DNA of 54,886 nucleotides from an uncultured Mageeibacillus sp. (GTDB lineage: Bacteria > Bacillota > Clostridia > Saccharofermentanales > DTU023): positions 1 through 54,886 of the forward strand of contig CAZKLG010000004.1 in the NCBI GenBank assembly GCA_964553675.1, written 5' to 3'. The notes beneath the pieces were generated by a model that saw only the letters and a program-made list of their open reading frames with translations, was not told where the DNA came from and did not search any database. Made by a program: the position numbers and the translations under genes. Shown piece by piece: positions 7,816 through 16,978 of this stretch; within the stretch, counting starts at the first letter, position 1, and the number at the start of each line of letters is the position of its first letter.

Positions 7816-10644
7816 CTAGGTCATTTCCATCTCATCTTGAGCAAGATGGCAGTTCTTGTATTTCTTGCCGCTCCCGCACCAGCAGGGATCATTGCGGCCT
7901 GGTCTTGCCTTTCTTCGGACCGGGTCCTGTCTTTCCTGATCGGGCCTGGCAGCTGCCTGCTCGACAGGGCCGGCGGCGGCCGTCTCCCTGGACCAGCCAC
8001 TGGAGCCCCGGCCCTCTGTCAGCCGGCTGGGAACCCGCCGGCTCTGGGGCTTATCCGCCCGGGTCAGCCTGGCTCTCATGATCATGCGGGCTGCGTCTTC
8101 CTGGATGGCCTCATTCATGGCCTCGAACATTTCATAGCCTTCCCGCTTGTACTCAACGACAGGGTCATGCTGGGCATAGCCTCTCATGCCGATGCTGTCC
8201 CGCAAATCGTCCATGAGATCGATGTGGTCCATCCAGTGGTTGTCCACCGTTTGCAGGAGGATCAGGCGTTCGGCCACGCGAAGCAGTTCAGGGGAACCCA
8301 ACTCATGGGCCCGGCCTTCCAGCCTGGCCAAAGCGTCATCCGTCAGGGTTTGGAGCAGATCCATGCCATCTTTAGGCTGGCGGGTCTGGATAAAGGACTC
8401 CAGGGCCGGCAGGGGGCCGAAGAGGTCGCTGACCCTGGTATAGAAGGCTTCCTTGTCCCAGTCTTCCGTCTCCTGGGACTGGGCCAGAAAGTCGGCCAGG
8501 ATCTTGTCCATGGTCGAGGTCAGGATCCGCTGGTAGTAGGCATGCAGGTCCTGGCCCTCCAGGACCTCCCGGCGCTGCTTGTAGATCAGGTTACGCTGGA
8601 TATTCATGACATCGTCGTATTCCAGGACATTCTTGCGGATGGCAAAGTTCATGCCCTCCACCCGCCTTTGGGCGGTCTCGATACTCCTTGACAGCATGGG
8701 ATGGGCGATCTCCATGTCATCGTCCACACCCAGGGTGGAGAAGATGCGGTCCATGCGCTCACCGCCGAAGAGCCGCATGAGGTCATCGTCCAGGGAGAGG
8801 AAAAACTTGGAAAAACCCGGGTCACCCTGACGGCCGGCCCGGCCCCGGAGCTGGTTGTCAATCCGGCGGGATTCGTGCCGCTCGGTGCCGATGATGCAAA
8901 GGCCACCGGCCTGGATGACCGCCTCCTTCTCCTGGGCGATCTCCCCGGAGTACTTGTCCTCCAAAGAGGCAAAAAGTTGCCGGGCCTTGAGGATCTCCTG
9001 GTCATCGGTGACGTTATGGGCCGTGGACTGCTCGATCAGTTCATCCTCATAGCCCTGACGGCGCATCTCCTGGCGGGCCAGGAATTCAGGGTTGCCGCCC
9101 AGGAGGATGTCGGTGCCCCGGCCGGCCATGTTGGTGGCAATGGTCACGGCCCCCAGGCGACCGGCCTGGGCCACGATCTCAGCCTCCCTTTCATGGTGGC
9201 GGGCGTTGAGGACATTGTGTCGGATACCGGCCCGGGTAAAGAGGCGGGAGAGCACCTCGGATTTTTCAACCGAGACCGTACCGACCAGAATAGGCTGACC
9301 GGTCTCATGAATGACCCTGGCCTGCTCCAGCAGGGCCTTATACTTGCCCTCTTCAGTCCGGTAGACGGCATCAGGTGCGTCCTGACGGATCATGGGCATA
9401 TTGGTGGGAATGGTGACCACATCCAGATTGTAGATCTGACGGAATTCATCTTCCTCAGTCAGGGCTGTCCCCGTCATGCCTGACAGTTTTTTGTACATAC
9501 GGAAATAATTCTGGAAGGTGATGGTGGCCAGGGTCTTGTTTTCATCCTGGATATCCACCCCCTCCTTGGCCTCGATGGCCTGGTGGAGGCCGTTGCTGTA
9601 ACGGCGGCCGAACATGAGGCGGCCGGTGAAGTCATCCACGATGATGACCTCCCCGTCCTTGACCACATAGTCCTTGTCGGCATGCATGGTTCCATGGGCC
9701 TTGAGGGCATTGGATATATGATGATTGATTTCGTAGTTTTCCTGGTCGGACAGGTTTTCGATGCCAAAATGGGATTCAGCCTTGCTGACCCCCCGCTTGG
9801 TCAAGACGGCAGACTTGGCTTTCTCGTCCACGATATAGTCAGCCCCTGATTCGATCTCGTCGATCTCCTCGGCCGTCCTCATGGCGTCCTTCTGGATGAC
9901 ATATTTGGGCAGGAGCCTGCGGACGAAGCCCTCGGCCCGCATATAGAGCTCTGAGGAATCGGTCCCGGCTCCTGAAATGATCAGGGGGGTCCTGGCCTCA
10001 TCTACCAGGATGCTGTCCACTTCGTCCACGATGGCAAAGTTCAGGACCCTTTGGGCACAGTCCTCGATGGACATGACCATATTGTCCCGAAGGTAGTCAA
10101 AGCCGAACTCATTATTGGTCCCGTAGGTGATGTCAGCCGCATAGGATTGACGGCGGCTGGCCTTGTCAATGCCGTGGACGATCAGGCCCACGTCCAGACC
10201 CAGATAACGGTAGATCTTACCCATCCATTCGCTGTCACGCTGGGCCAGGTAGTCGTTGACGGTGATGATGTGGACGCCCTGTCCTGTCAGGGCATTCAGA
10301 TAGGCCGGCAGGGTGGCCACCAGGGTCTTGCCCTCACCGGTCCTCATCTCTGCGATCCGCCCCTGGTGGAGGACGATCCCCCCCTGGACCTGGACCGGGA
10401 AATGGGTCATACCCAAAACCCGGCTGCTGGCCTCCCGGACGGCCGCAAAGGCCTCAGGCAGGAGCTCATCCAGGGACATGCCCTGGTCCAGGCTCTGGCG
10501 GAAACGCCCGGTTGAGCCCTTGAGCTCCTCTTCGGACATGGCCGCAAAAGAGGCCTGCAAATCCAGCACAGCAGCGGTCTGTGCCCGTATCTTCTTGAGT
10601 TCGCGTTCTGAATAGCTACCGAATAACTTGTCTATAATTCCCAT
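7816..10644 (-). CDS. secA: Preprotein translocase ATPase SecA
   Basis: MGIIDKLFG..., [10 protein letters not shown] (Walker A), [29 protein letters not shown], and the C-terminal zinc motif [13 protein letters not shown]. Confidence 0.97.
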   Translation of the reverse strand: MGIIDKLFGSYSERELKKIRAQTAAVLDLQASFAAMSEEELKGSTGRFRQSLDQGMSLDELLPEAFAAVREASSRVLGMTHFPVQVQGGIVLHQGRIAEMRTGEGKTLVATLPAYLNALTGQGVHIITVNDYLAQRDSEWMGKIYRYLGLDVGLIVHGIDKASRRQSYAADITYGTNNEFGFDYLRDNMVMSIEDCAQRVLNFAIVDEVDSILVDEARTPLIISGAGTDSSELYMRAEGFVRRLLPKYVIQKDAMRTAEEIDEIESGADYIVDEKAKSAVLTKRGVSKAESHFGIENLSDQENYEINHHISNALKAHGTMHADKDYVVKDGEVIIVDDFTGRLMFGRRYSNGLHQAIEAKEGVDIQDENKTLATITFQNYFRMYKKLSGMTGTALTEEDEFRQIYNLDVVTIPTNMPMIRQDAPDAVYRTEEGKYKALLEQARVIHETGQPILVGTVSVEKSEVLSRLFTRAGIRHNVLNARHHEREAEIVAQAGRLGAVTIATNMAGRGTDILLGGNPEFLARQEMRRQGYEDELIEQSTAHNVTDDQEILKARQLFASLEDKYSGEIAQEKEAVIQAGGLCIIGTERHESRRIDNQLRGRAGRQGDPGFSKFFLSLDDDLMRLFGGERMDRIFSTLGVDDDMEIAHPMLSRSIETAQRRVEGMNFAIRKNVLEYDDVMNIQRNLIYKQRREVLEGQDLHAYYQRILTSTMDKILADFLAQSQETEDWDKEAFYTRVSDLFGPLPALESFIQTRQPKDGMDLLQTLTDDALARLEGRAHELGSPELLRVAERLILLQTVDNHWMDHIDLMDDLRDSIGMRGYAQHDPVVEYKREGYEMFEAMNEAIQEDAARMIMRARLTRADKPQSRRVPSRLTEGRGSSGWSRETAAAGPVEQAAARPDQERQDPVRRKARPGRNDPCWCGSGKKYKNCHLAQDEMEMT

Positions 10645-10732
10645 AAATTCATTCCCATATTTGCTTCATACAGACTTAATCTTACTCCATTTTAAAGGTC
10701 AATGGGCTGGGAAGGCTCAGGATAAGGGAAAA

Positions 10733-11692
10733 TCAGTCGCCCGGAAGATGGGCCTGGCTGATGCCATACTCCCGGATATCCAAGCTGACCCCCTGGCGGG
10801 CGGCATCCTGCCGCCAGACATCCAGGAGCCCCGGAGTCTTCCAATCCAGGGAATTGCCCGGAATGACCAGGATCAGGCGACGGCTTTTGATCTGGCCCGG
10901 TTCCGGGCCTTCCTGGCCCGCCCCCTCAAAGTTGGCCAAATCGGATATAAAACCGTCCAGACGCCGCTTGACAGCGGAAGGCGACGACCAGGTGGGGGCG
11001 GTCCAGTCCATGCTCTTGATGGCCACTGCCTCACGGCCGTCCCAGGCGGCAATGACCGGGTAGAACTGTGGCAGATGCCCTCCGTAGATGCGCCTGAAGG
11101 CCAGGCCCCTTTCAAAATTGGACAAGTCCCAGATACTGTCGTCTTCCTCCAGTTCCCCCTGATCCTCCCCTTTGAAAAGATGGGCATTCCAGATGGGCAC
11201 CCTGGACCTGATCTGGAAGTGGTCGGTCATCAGGTAATTGGGACGCTCAAAGGAGAGGCAAAGCCATATGGATTGACGGGCAGGATCAAAGTCGACAGCC
11301 AGGCGTCTGGCTCCGCCAGCCAACTTGATCTGCCGGTCATGGGCAATGGATTGGGCCCAATAGTCCATCCGCTGGAGGAGCAAGGGGGAAGCCAGGACGG
11401 TGGCGGCCATATCGCCCAGGCCATTCAAGGCCAGATCTGCCAGCCCCGGATCAGGGATGATCTCCCTGATCCAGGCGCCTGGATCGACATAGGCCTCGGC
11501 CAGGTCTGCCAGGGGAAGGAGAAGGGCCACTTCCCGGGCCGTCTGGTCCAGGGCATGTGAGAGGACCATGGCCTCCTCCTGGCCCTGGACCGCCCCGATG
11601 AAGGCAAAGAGGATGACCAGGACCATGGGCAGGACAAGAGCGGCCTCCAGGGTCAAGCCCCCCTTCAATACCCGCTTCTCCCCGACAGCCAT
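10733..11692 (-). CDS. TadE-like pseudopilin N-terminus fused to a roughly 150-aa C-terminal domain of unknown function
   Basis: The N-terminus MAVGEKRVLKG-GLTLEAALVLPMVLVILFAF fits the TadE/Flp class signature (Gly, Glu at +5, hydrophobic helix, LP). The start ATG abuts the stop of the upstream gene (TAGATG). Confidence 0.65.
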   Translation of the reverse strand: MAVGEKRVLKGGLTLEAALVLPMVLVILFAFIGAVQGQEEAMVLSHALDQTAREVALLLPLADLAEAYVDPGAWIREIIPDPGLADLALNGLGDMAATVLASPLLLQRMDYWAQSIAHDRQIKLAGGARRLAVDFDPARQSIWLCLSFERPNYLMTDHFQIRSRVPIWNAHLFKGEDQGELEEDDSIWDLSNFERGLAFRRIYGGHLPQFYPVIAAWDGREAVAIKSMDWTAPTWSSPSAVKRRLDGFISDLANFEGAGQEGPEPGQIKSRRLILVIPGNSLDWKTPGLLDVWRQDAARQGVSLDIREYGISQAHLPGD

Positions 11693-13099
11693 CTACTCGT
11701 CTTCCAGGGGCAGTCTGCTGATAAAGGCAGCCGCATGGCTGATGGAAACATCCTGCCAGTCGGCATGGCAGGCCAGACTGGTGCAATAGACACCCGGATG
11801 AATCCGGGACAGGATCCCCGCTATGCGATCGGTCAGGGTATCCGGCGACTGGAGGATGAGGAGCAGGCGCAGATAGTCCTTGTAGCGCATGGCCACATTG
11901 ACCGGGCTGAAGCCGGGCCAAAGATCCATCTCATTGCCATTTTGAAGCTTGATGGTATCGGAGACCGAGAGGCGGAGGGAGTCTCCAATGACCAGGACCC
12001 AGGTCATGGCTTCAGGCGGGATGACCACCTCGCCCAGGGAAAGGGTGGCGATAGCGGCCACGACAATGGTCGCCTTCATCCGGTAATCAGCCATGAGATC
12101 CGGGTCCAGGAGGACATGGAGGAGGTGGAGGGCAAAGCGGATAGAGGTAATGAACATGAAGACAAGCGATTGACCTGCCTTGCCGGCCAGGCCGGTGGCG
12201 ATCTCTTCCACTTCCAGGGTCCGCGTCTGGGGGAACTGGCTGATGATCCGGCCATCCGGTGTTTTATCTTCATATCGCAGGCCATCCCGGATGACAAAGG
12301 GGGCCTTGCAGGTGAAATAGGAGAGGGAATACTCACAAAGGGTCAGCCGGTCCAGGAGGCCCTCCTCAGGTGAGACCAGGATCTGGTCGACCAGGCAAGC
12401 CAGGCTGTCCAGGCCCGATCCGGTGAAGGGGTCAAAGTCAAGATTTTCCATGTCGCCCGATTCCGAGGGAATGATGGCAGGCGCCAGGTTGGTCAGGGCC
12501 TCCTGGTAGACCGACCTGACCTCATCGTCCATATAGGCTGAATAGTCCTCATACCATTCAGGTTCCTGACCCTGGTCATAGCCCAGATCCGGATCGACTG
12601 CCTGGAGGCCTGCCTGGGAATCGGCCGGGATCAGGTCGGTCAGGGAGGAGACCGAAAGCTCCTGGCCCAGGCTGTTGATTTTATCAAGCTTATCCAGGAC
12701 ATCCCTGATCAGGGAGCTGGCCGCCCGCCAGGTCATATGCCTGGAAATAGCGGCCTTGAGAACCTGGGTGTCTGACAGGGAGTCCAGGGGCTCCAGACTG
12801 TAAACCACCTCCTGGTCCGGGCCGATCAGATTGGACAGGGCCCTGTCCAGGTCCTGGCTGTCCAGGGCAAAGAGACCAAATTCCCCATAGAGCTCCCGGT
12901 CGTAAAGGGCCAGGGCCGATTCGGCTATGGAAACCGCGCCCCGGGTCAGGTTGAGCCTGGCCCTGACCCGGTTGCTCTCCAGGTAAATGCTGGCAAAGAG
13001 AAGCAGGGCAAGGGGCATGACCAGGCAGAGGGCCAGGCTGATAGCCCCGGCGCTCTTCAGTCTGTCCGGCCTTTTTGACCTGCCAGCCGCAGATTTCAT
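11693..13099 (-). CDS. TadG-like / DUF5702-like putative pilus-associated membrane protein
   Basis: 468 aa. The N-terminus ...SAGAISLALCLVMPLALLLFASIYLESNRVRARLNL..AVSIAESALA resembles the TadG-like N-terminal domain. The internal LEVEEIATG...SIRFALHLLHVL resembles the E-x-E-Y-I-x-x-G...R-F-A-x-N block I recall from clostridial DUF5702 proteins (from memory, unverified). ATGA overlap with the upstream gene. Confidence 0.55.
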   Translation of the reverse strand: MKSAAGRSKRPDRLKSAGAISLALCLVMPLALLLFASIYLESNRVRARLNLTRGAVSIAESALALYDRELYGEFGLFALDSQDLDRALSNLIGPDQEVVYSLEPLDSLSDTQVLKAAISRHMTWRAASSLIRDVLDKLDKINSLGQELSVSSLTDLIPADSQAGLQAVDPDLGYDQGQEPEWYEDYSAYMDDEVRSVYQEALTNLAPAIIPSESGDMENLDFDPFTGSGLDSLACLVDQILVSPEEGLLDRLTLCEYSLSYFTCKAPFVIRDGLRYEDKTPDGRIISQFPQTRTLEVEEIATGLAGKAGQSLVFMFITSIRFALHLLHVLLDPDLMADYRMKATIVVAAIATLSLGEVVIPPEAMTWVLVIGDSLRLSVSDTIKLQNGNEMDLWPGFSPVNVAMRYKDYLRLLLILQSPDTLTDRIAGILSRIHPGVYCTSLACHADWQDVSISHAAAFISRLPLEDE

Positions 13100-13380
13100 G
13101 GACTCTCTCCGCCCCAGGTCCTGACCATATCCCGGGCCAGGGCCAGGGCTTCAACCACCTTTTGAGGTTGGGTCTCTACGACAGGGATGGACAGGCCGGC
13201 CCTTTCAAAGACATAATGCCGGCAACAGGCATCACTATCCTGGGATTCCAGACTCGAATGGTTGGCCAGGAAGGCCGTATCCATGAGATTGACGGAGACT
13301 GGAGCCGCCTGGCCCAGGGTCGATAGCAGAAGGGCCAGGCAGGCGGGAACCGTGACGATGGCCTCCAATGAAAAACCCAT
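13096..13380 (-). CDS. Small TadE-like pseudopilin, leaderless (Gly at position 2)
   Basis: 94 aa. MGFSLEAIVTVPACLALLL places Gly1...Glu5 directly after the initiator Met. RBS AAAGGAG lies upstream. Confidence 0.55.
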   Translation of the reverse strand: MGFSLEAIVTVPACLALLLSTLGQAAPVSVNLMDTAFLANHSSLESQDSDACCRHYVFERAGLSIPVVETQPQKVVEALALARDMVRTWGGESP

Positions 13381-13428
13381 AAGATCTCAACTCCTTTCTT
13401 TTCCCATGACTGATGTCCAGCATGAGGG

Positions 13429-13459
13429 AAAAAAGAAAGAGGCAGCTTGTCCGCTGCCT
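13429..13459 (-). terminator. Intrinsic terminator after the MBL-hydrolase gene
   Basis: Minus strand: AGGCAGC-GGACAA-GCTGCCT followed by CTTTCTTTTTT. Confidence 0.75.
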
Positions 13460-13499
13460 GTCAGGGTCTGGCATCCAGGGCCTATTTGTCGAAATTGAT

Positions 13500-14174
13500 C
13501 TAGGAGGCAAAACCTGCCATTCGAAGGAAGCGACAGGCTTCATGAGCCGTGGTCAGGCTGGCATGGCCGGGACAAACGGGGAGATCGGCCGGCAGCTGAC
13601 TGAGCAGGCCATAGAGTTTTTCCAGGGATTGGCGCATGAGGCGGTCATCGCCGGTCACAAAGTCGGTCCGTCCCCAGGCCCGGTCAAAGAGCGTGTCACC
13701 GGTCAGCAGGGCCAGGGGCTCCTTATCCTCCCCCTGATGGCGGAAGATGAGAAAACAGGAGGAACCCATGGTATGGCCGGGGGTGTGGATGACCTGGAGG
13801 CTGTATTGGGCATCCAGGGTCAGGCTATCCCCGTCCTCAAAGCTGCTGTCAGGATGGGGGAAGGAGCCGGGTCTGCCAAAGAACTTGGAGGCATTGACGG
13901 CCGGATCATCCAACATCCCGATGTCGCCTGCATGCATGAGGAAGGGCCTTTGGGGCTCATCTTCCTTCCAGGAATGCAAGGCACCGATATGGTCATAGTG
14001 GGCGTGGGTGGCCAGAATCATCTGGATGGAAAGATCGGAGGGCAGGTCCCGGACTGCCAGTGAGGGGTCAACCAGGAGGGCCCGGTCCTTGGACTTGAGC
14101 AGGTAGACATTGCAGCTTCTGAAGCGTTCAGGAAAGTAAAATAAAGCCTCCGTGACAGGGATCATGGACATCAT
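13500..14174 (-). CDS. MBL-fold hydrolase, YcbL/GloC-like (type II glyoxalase-like)
   Basis: THAHYDHIGA (HxHxDH), HTPGHTMGS, LLTGDTLF..GRTDF, CPGH. Alignable by eye to E. coli YcbL over its length. Start taken at ATG 14174, which forms an ATGA overlap with the upstream stop; the ORF track's 14195 start is the alternative. Confidence 0.85.
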   Translation of the reverse strand: MMSMIPVTEALFYFPERFRSCNVYLLKSKDRALLVDPSLAVRDLPSDLSIQMILATHAHYDHIGALHSWKEDEPQRPFLMHAGDIGMLDDPAVNASKFFGRPGSFPHPDSSFEDGDSLTLDAQYSLQVIHTPGHTMGSSCFLIFRHQGEDKEPLALLTGDTLFDRAWGRTDFVTGDDRLMRQSLEKLYGLLSQLPADLPVCPGHASLTTAHEACRFLRMAGFAS

Positions 14175-14563
14175 ACCCGGACCAGCTCCCGCCAATCCAA
14201 ATCGCCCCGGTTGATGGCCAGGACCAGGATCTCGGCCGTGGCCGTATTGGTGGCAAAAGGAATACTGTTGAAGTCACAGGACAAAAAGAGTCTTTGCTGG
14301 GATTCCGGTGTGGGCAGGGATGGGTCGCGGATGCATATGACTGCATCGATTTCATTAAAGAGGGCCAGGGATGACAGGCGGCTGTAGGTGCTGTCCATGT
14401 CGGAAGGATAGGTTTCCAGCTTCAGGGAAGTGGCTTCCTTGATCAGGCGGGCCGTGTTAAAGGGAGAGATAAGATCGTGCTTGGACAAGATCTGCTTATA
14501 GGCGATGCAGAAATTAACCAGTAATTCATTTTTAGATGTATCGGACATAAGTACAATTTTCAT
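14171..14563 (-). CDS. Methylglyoxal-synthase-like (MGS fold) protein lacking the catalytic residues
   Basis: 130 aa. Collinear with E. coli MgsA (IDAVICIRDP vs IDVLIFFWDP; NIPVATN vs SIPFATN). However AHDH becomes MSDT, ATGTTG becomes SPFNTA, GGDQQ becomes STYSR, and PHDPD becomes TPESQ. ATG 14563 has GGTGGA upstream. Confidence 0.75.
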   Translation of the reverse strand: MKIVLMSDTSKNELLVNFCIAYKQILSKHDLISPFNTARLIKEATSLKLETYPSDMDSTYSRLSSLALFNEIDAVICIRDPSLPTPESQQRLFLSCDFNSIPFATNTATAEILVLAINRGDLDWRELVRV

Positions 14564-14680
14564 GGCTTCCACCGACGGCAGTGAGTATAATTATGCGTCA
14601 AATCCCTCTCATATAAAGTCATAGGCCGAAAAACAGCTATCCCATTGTAAACGAAGCAATGAAAGTATACAAGCCAGAGC

Positions 14681-16978
14681 CTAGCGCCCCCTGTAGGCGT
14701 CATAGGGTCCCATCCTATCATGACTGGGCTGGATCCCGAAATATTCACAAAGGATCCGATAGGAGATGTCGGCTGAATACTCACCAAAGGGACCATCGGA
14801 AATGGCGTGGGCAATGACGATTTCCGGATCATCCGCCGGGGCATAGCAGACAAAGACCGAGTTGGAGATGGCTTCCATTTTGTCGTTATAAGCCTCGGCT
14901 GTCCCCGTCTTACAGGCCACCCGTATGGGGAAATCATGGAAGAGGACGCCGGTCCGGTTGGTCCTTTCCTTGGACAGGGCTACCATACCCTCCCGCAGGG
15001 CCACCATGTTGGCAGGCGACAGGTCCAGGGGCTTGTTTTCAATTCTCTCGGGAATGACGACCGTGCCATCCGGGGCCAGGACCTCCTTGATGAAATGGGG
15101 GCTGGGCAATTCATTGGTGGCATAACCGGCCACGGCCCTTGCCATCTGCATCATGCTGTAACTGTTATAGAACTGGCCGATGGAGGTCTGGCAGGTGTCA
15201 GCGATGAACCAGGTCTGGTCCTCGGGCTGGGCGTTGAGCTGTTTTTTAACCTCGCGGGAGGGACGCACACCGGCCACTTCACCGGAGATATCAAGACCGG
15301 GCATTTCACCCAGACCCAGGGTCCTGGCCATGTCGCTGATCCGGTCGATCCCCGTCTCTACCGCGATCTGGAAAAAATAGAGGTTACAGGAGGTGACCAC
15401 CGCCCGGGAAAAATCAATCTCCCCGTGATAGCTATAGCAACGCCAGAGAAAACCACCGATCTCCTGGGCGCCCCGGCAGGTCAAGTGGTTGTTCATGGGC
15501 GTGATGGCAGCTGCCTCCAGGGCAGCAATGCCGGTAATGGGCTTGAAGGTGGACCCGGGGGTATAGGTTTCGGCGATTCCCCGGTTGAGGAGGGGTCGGT
15601 TTTCCGTGTCCTGGAGCAGGTCTGCCACCCGGGCTGCCGCCTGGGAGTCCCTGGCCTGGTTGATGAAATCAGCCGGGTCGAAATCCGGGTAATTGGCATT
15701 GGCCAGAACAGCCCCGGTCTTGGCGTCCAGGACCACGACACAGCCACTGGGTGCCTCCAGGATCCGCTCCCGATGCCGGCTGCCCCGATACTCCATAATC
15801 TTGCGTTCCAGTTCATCCCGGGCCACTTTTTGAATGTCCATCCTGATGGTCATCTTGACTTCCATACCGGCATTGGGCTGATTGGCGATTGAACCGGGAT
15901 AAAGGATGGGAGAGGATTCGCCTTCGCCATACCAATAATCCATGGTCATGGAGCCGCTCTGGCCCCGCAGATAGGCCTCTGCCGCCTGCTCAACCCCGGT
16001 CTTGCCCAGGCTGTCCTGCATGGAATAACCGGCCGTTTTCAGACGATTGTATTCGTTGGCAGAGATCAGGCCCACATAGCCCAGGGAATGGCCCACATAG
16101 CGGCTGTCATCGGTATAACGCCTGACATATTTTTTCGTGATGACAATGCCCGGGAAGCGATAATTCTGCTCAATGAGACGGGCAGCCAGATCCTGGGGGA
16201 CCTGGTCGGCCACGATCAGGGGCTGACGGCTGACATAAAGCCAGTTGTTCTCCAGGATCAAATAGCGGAGCTGCATGATCAGGAAGGCTTCACCATCCGA
16301 ATAGAGGCGGCTGCCCGACTCCCGGTCGGGCTCGATGACAAAATAGTCATAGAGGAGGTAGTCGAAGAAGTCGTCGGGATCCTCCCGGACCATGCGCCGC
16401 TTCTGGCGTTCGGTCACCGCTTTTTCAGGCAGGATAAGGTTGAAGAGATCCCGGTTTGTCTGCCAGTCGACGATCTCATCATAGGTCTTGCGGAAAACGA
16501 ATTTCAGGGGCTGGTCAGTCTGGAGCAGGTCCAGGTCCCTTTGCTCCTCCGGCAGGTCCAGCCAGTTGAGAAGGGGGCTCCTGAAGTCACTTCGGTATTC
16601 CCTGAAAAGAAGGGCCAGGTCCAGAAGAAAACGGTTCAGGGCCTCATTATCCATCTGGGTGGAAATCAGCTCTACCCGGTCCACGGCATCGCTTACCGCC
16701 AGGGGCAGGCCATTGGCATCTACGATATCGCCCCGGGGGGCGTCAAGCAGGACCTCGCTCATATGGCCACTGGTCTCAGGGACATAGGCCTCCTGGCTGC
16801 CAAAGAGCTGGAGGGCGCTGGTACGGAGGAGGATCAGGAAGAGAATCAGGGCCAAAAGCAGGGTCAGGATGACAAAACGACCCCCGGCCGGAAAGAGACG
16901 GCTTGGCTTTTGCGAACCGGCCTTTTTAATGGAAGGGCCCCCCGATTCCACCTGGAGATTCCCCCTCAAATCAGACAT
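14681..16978 (-). CDS. mrdA: Penicillin-binding protein 2 (elongation transpeptidase)
   Basis: N-terminal TM segment, then GSTFKP (SxxK), TSCN (SxN), KTGTA (KTG). Overlaps the mreD stop by 8 nt. Confidence 0.93.
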   Translation of the reverse strand: MSDLRGNLQVESGGPSIKKAGSQKPSRLFPAGGRFVILTLLLALILFLILLRTSALQLFGSQEAYVPETSGHMSEVLLDAPRGDIVDANGLPLAVSDAVDRVELISTQMDNEALNRFLLDLALLFREYRSDFRSPLLNWLDLPEEQRDLDLLQTDQPLKFVFRKTYDEIVDWQTNRDLFNLILPEKAVTERQKRRMVREDPDDFFDYLLYDYFVIEPDRESGSRLYSDGEAFLIMQLRYLILENNWLYVSRQPLIVADQVPQDLAARLIEQNYRFPGIVITKKYVRRYTDDSRYVGHSLGYVGLISANEYNRLKTAGYSMQDSLGKTGVEQAAEAYLRGQSGSMTMDYWYGEGESSPILYPGSIANQPNAGMEVKMTIRMDIQKVARDELERKIMEYRGSRHRERILEAPSGCVVVLDAKTGAVLANANYPDFDPADFINQARDSQAAARVADLLQDTENRPLLNRGIAETYTPGSTFKPITGIAALEAAAITPMNNHLTCRGAQEIGGFLWRCYSYHGEIDFSRAVVTSCNLYFFQIAVETGIDRISDMARTLGLGEMPGLDISGEVAGVRPSREVKKQLNAQPEDQTWFIADTCQTSIGQFYNSYSMMQMARAVAGYATNELPSPHFIKEVLAPDGTVVIPERIENKPLDLSPANMVALREGMVALSKERTNRTGVLFHDFPIRVACKTGTAEAYNDKMEAISNSVFVCYAPADDPEIVIAHAISDGPFGEYSADISYRILCEYFGIQPSHDRMGPYDAYRGR

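Noticed and set aside
7687-8691. 334-aa plus-strand ORF, plus similar long ORFs at 8701-9483, 10051-10515, 10628-11560, 14807-15892, 16088-16993, 19270-20343 and 42635-43558
   Set aside because: All are antisense to strongly recognised genes (secA, the TadE-like gene, pbp2, holA, oppD). None has family motifs or an RBS. They are GC-driven open frames.
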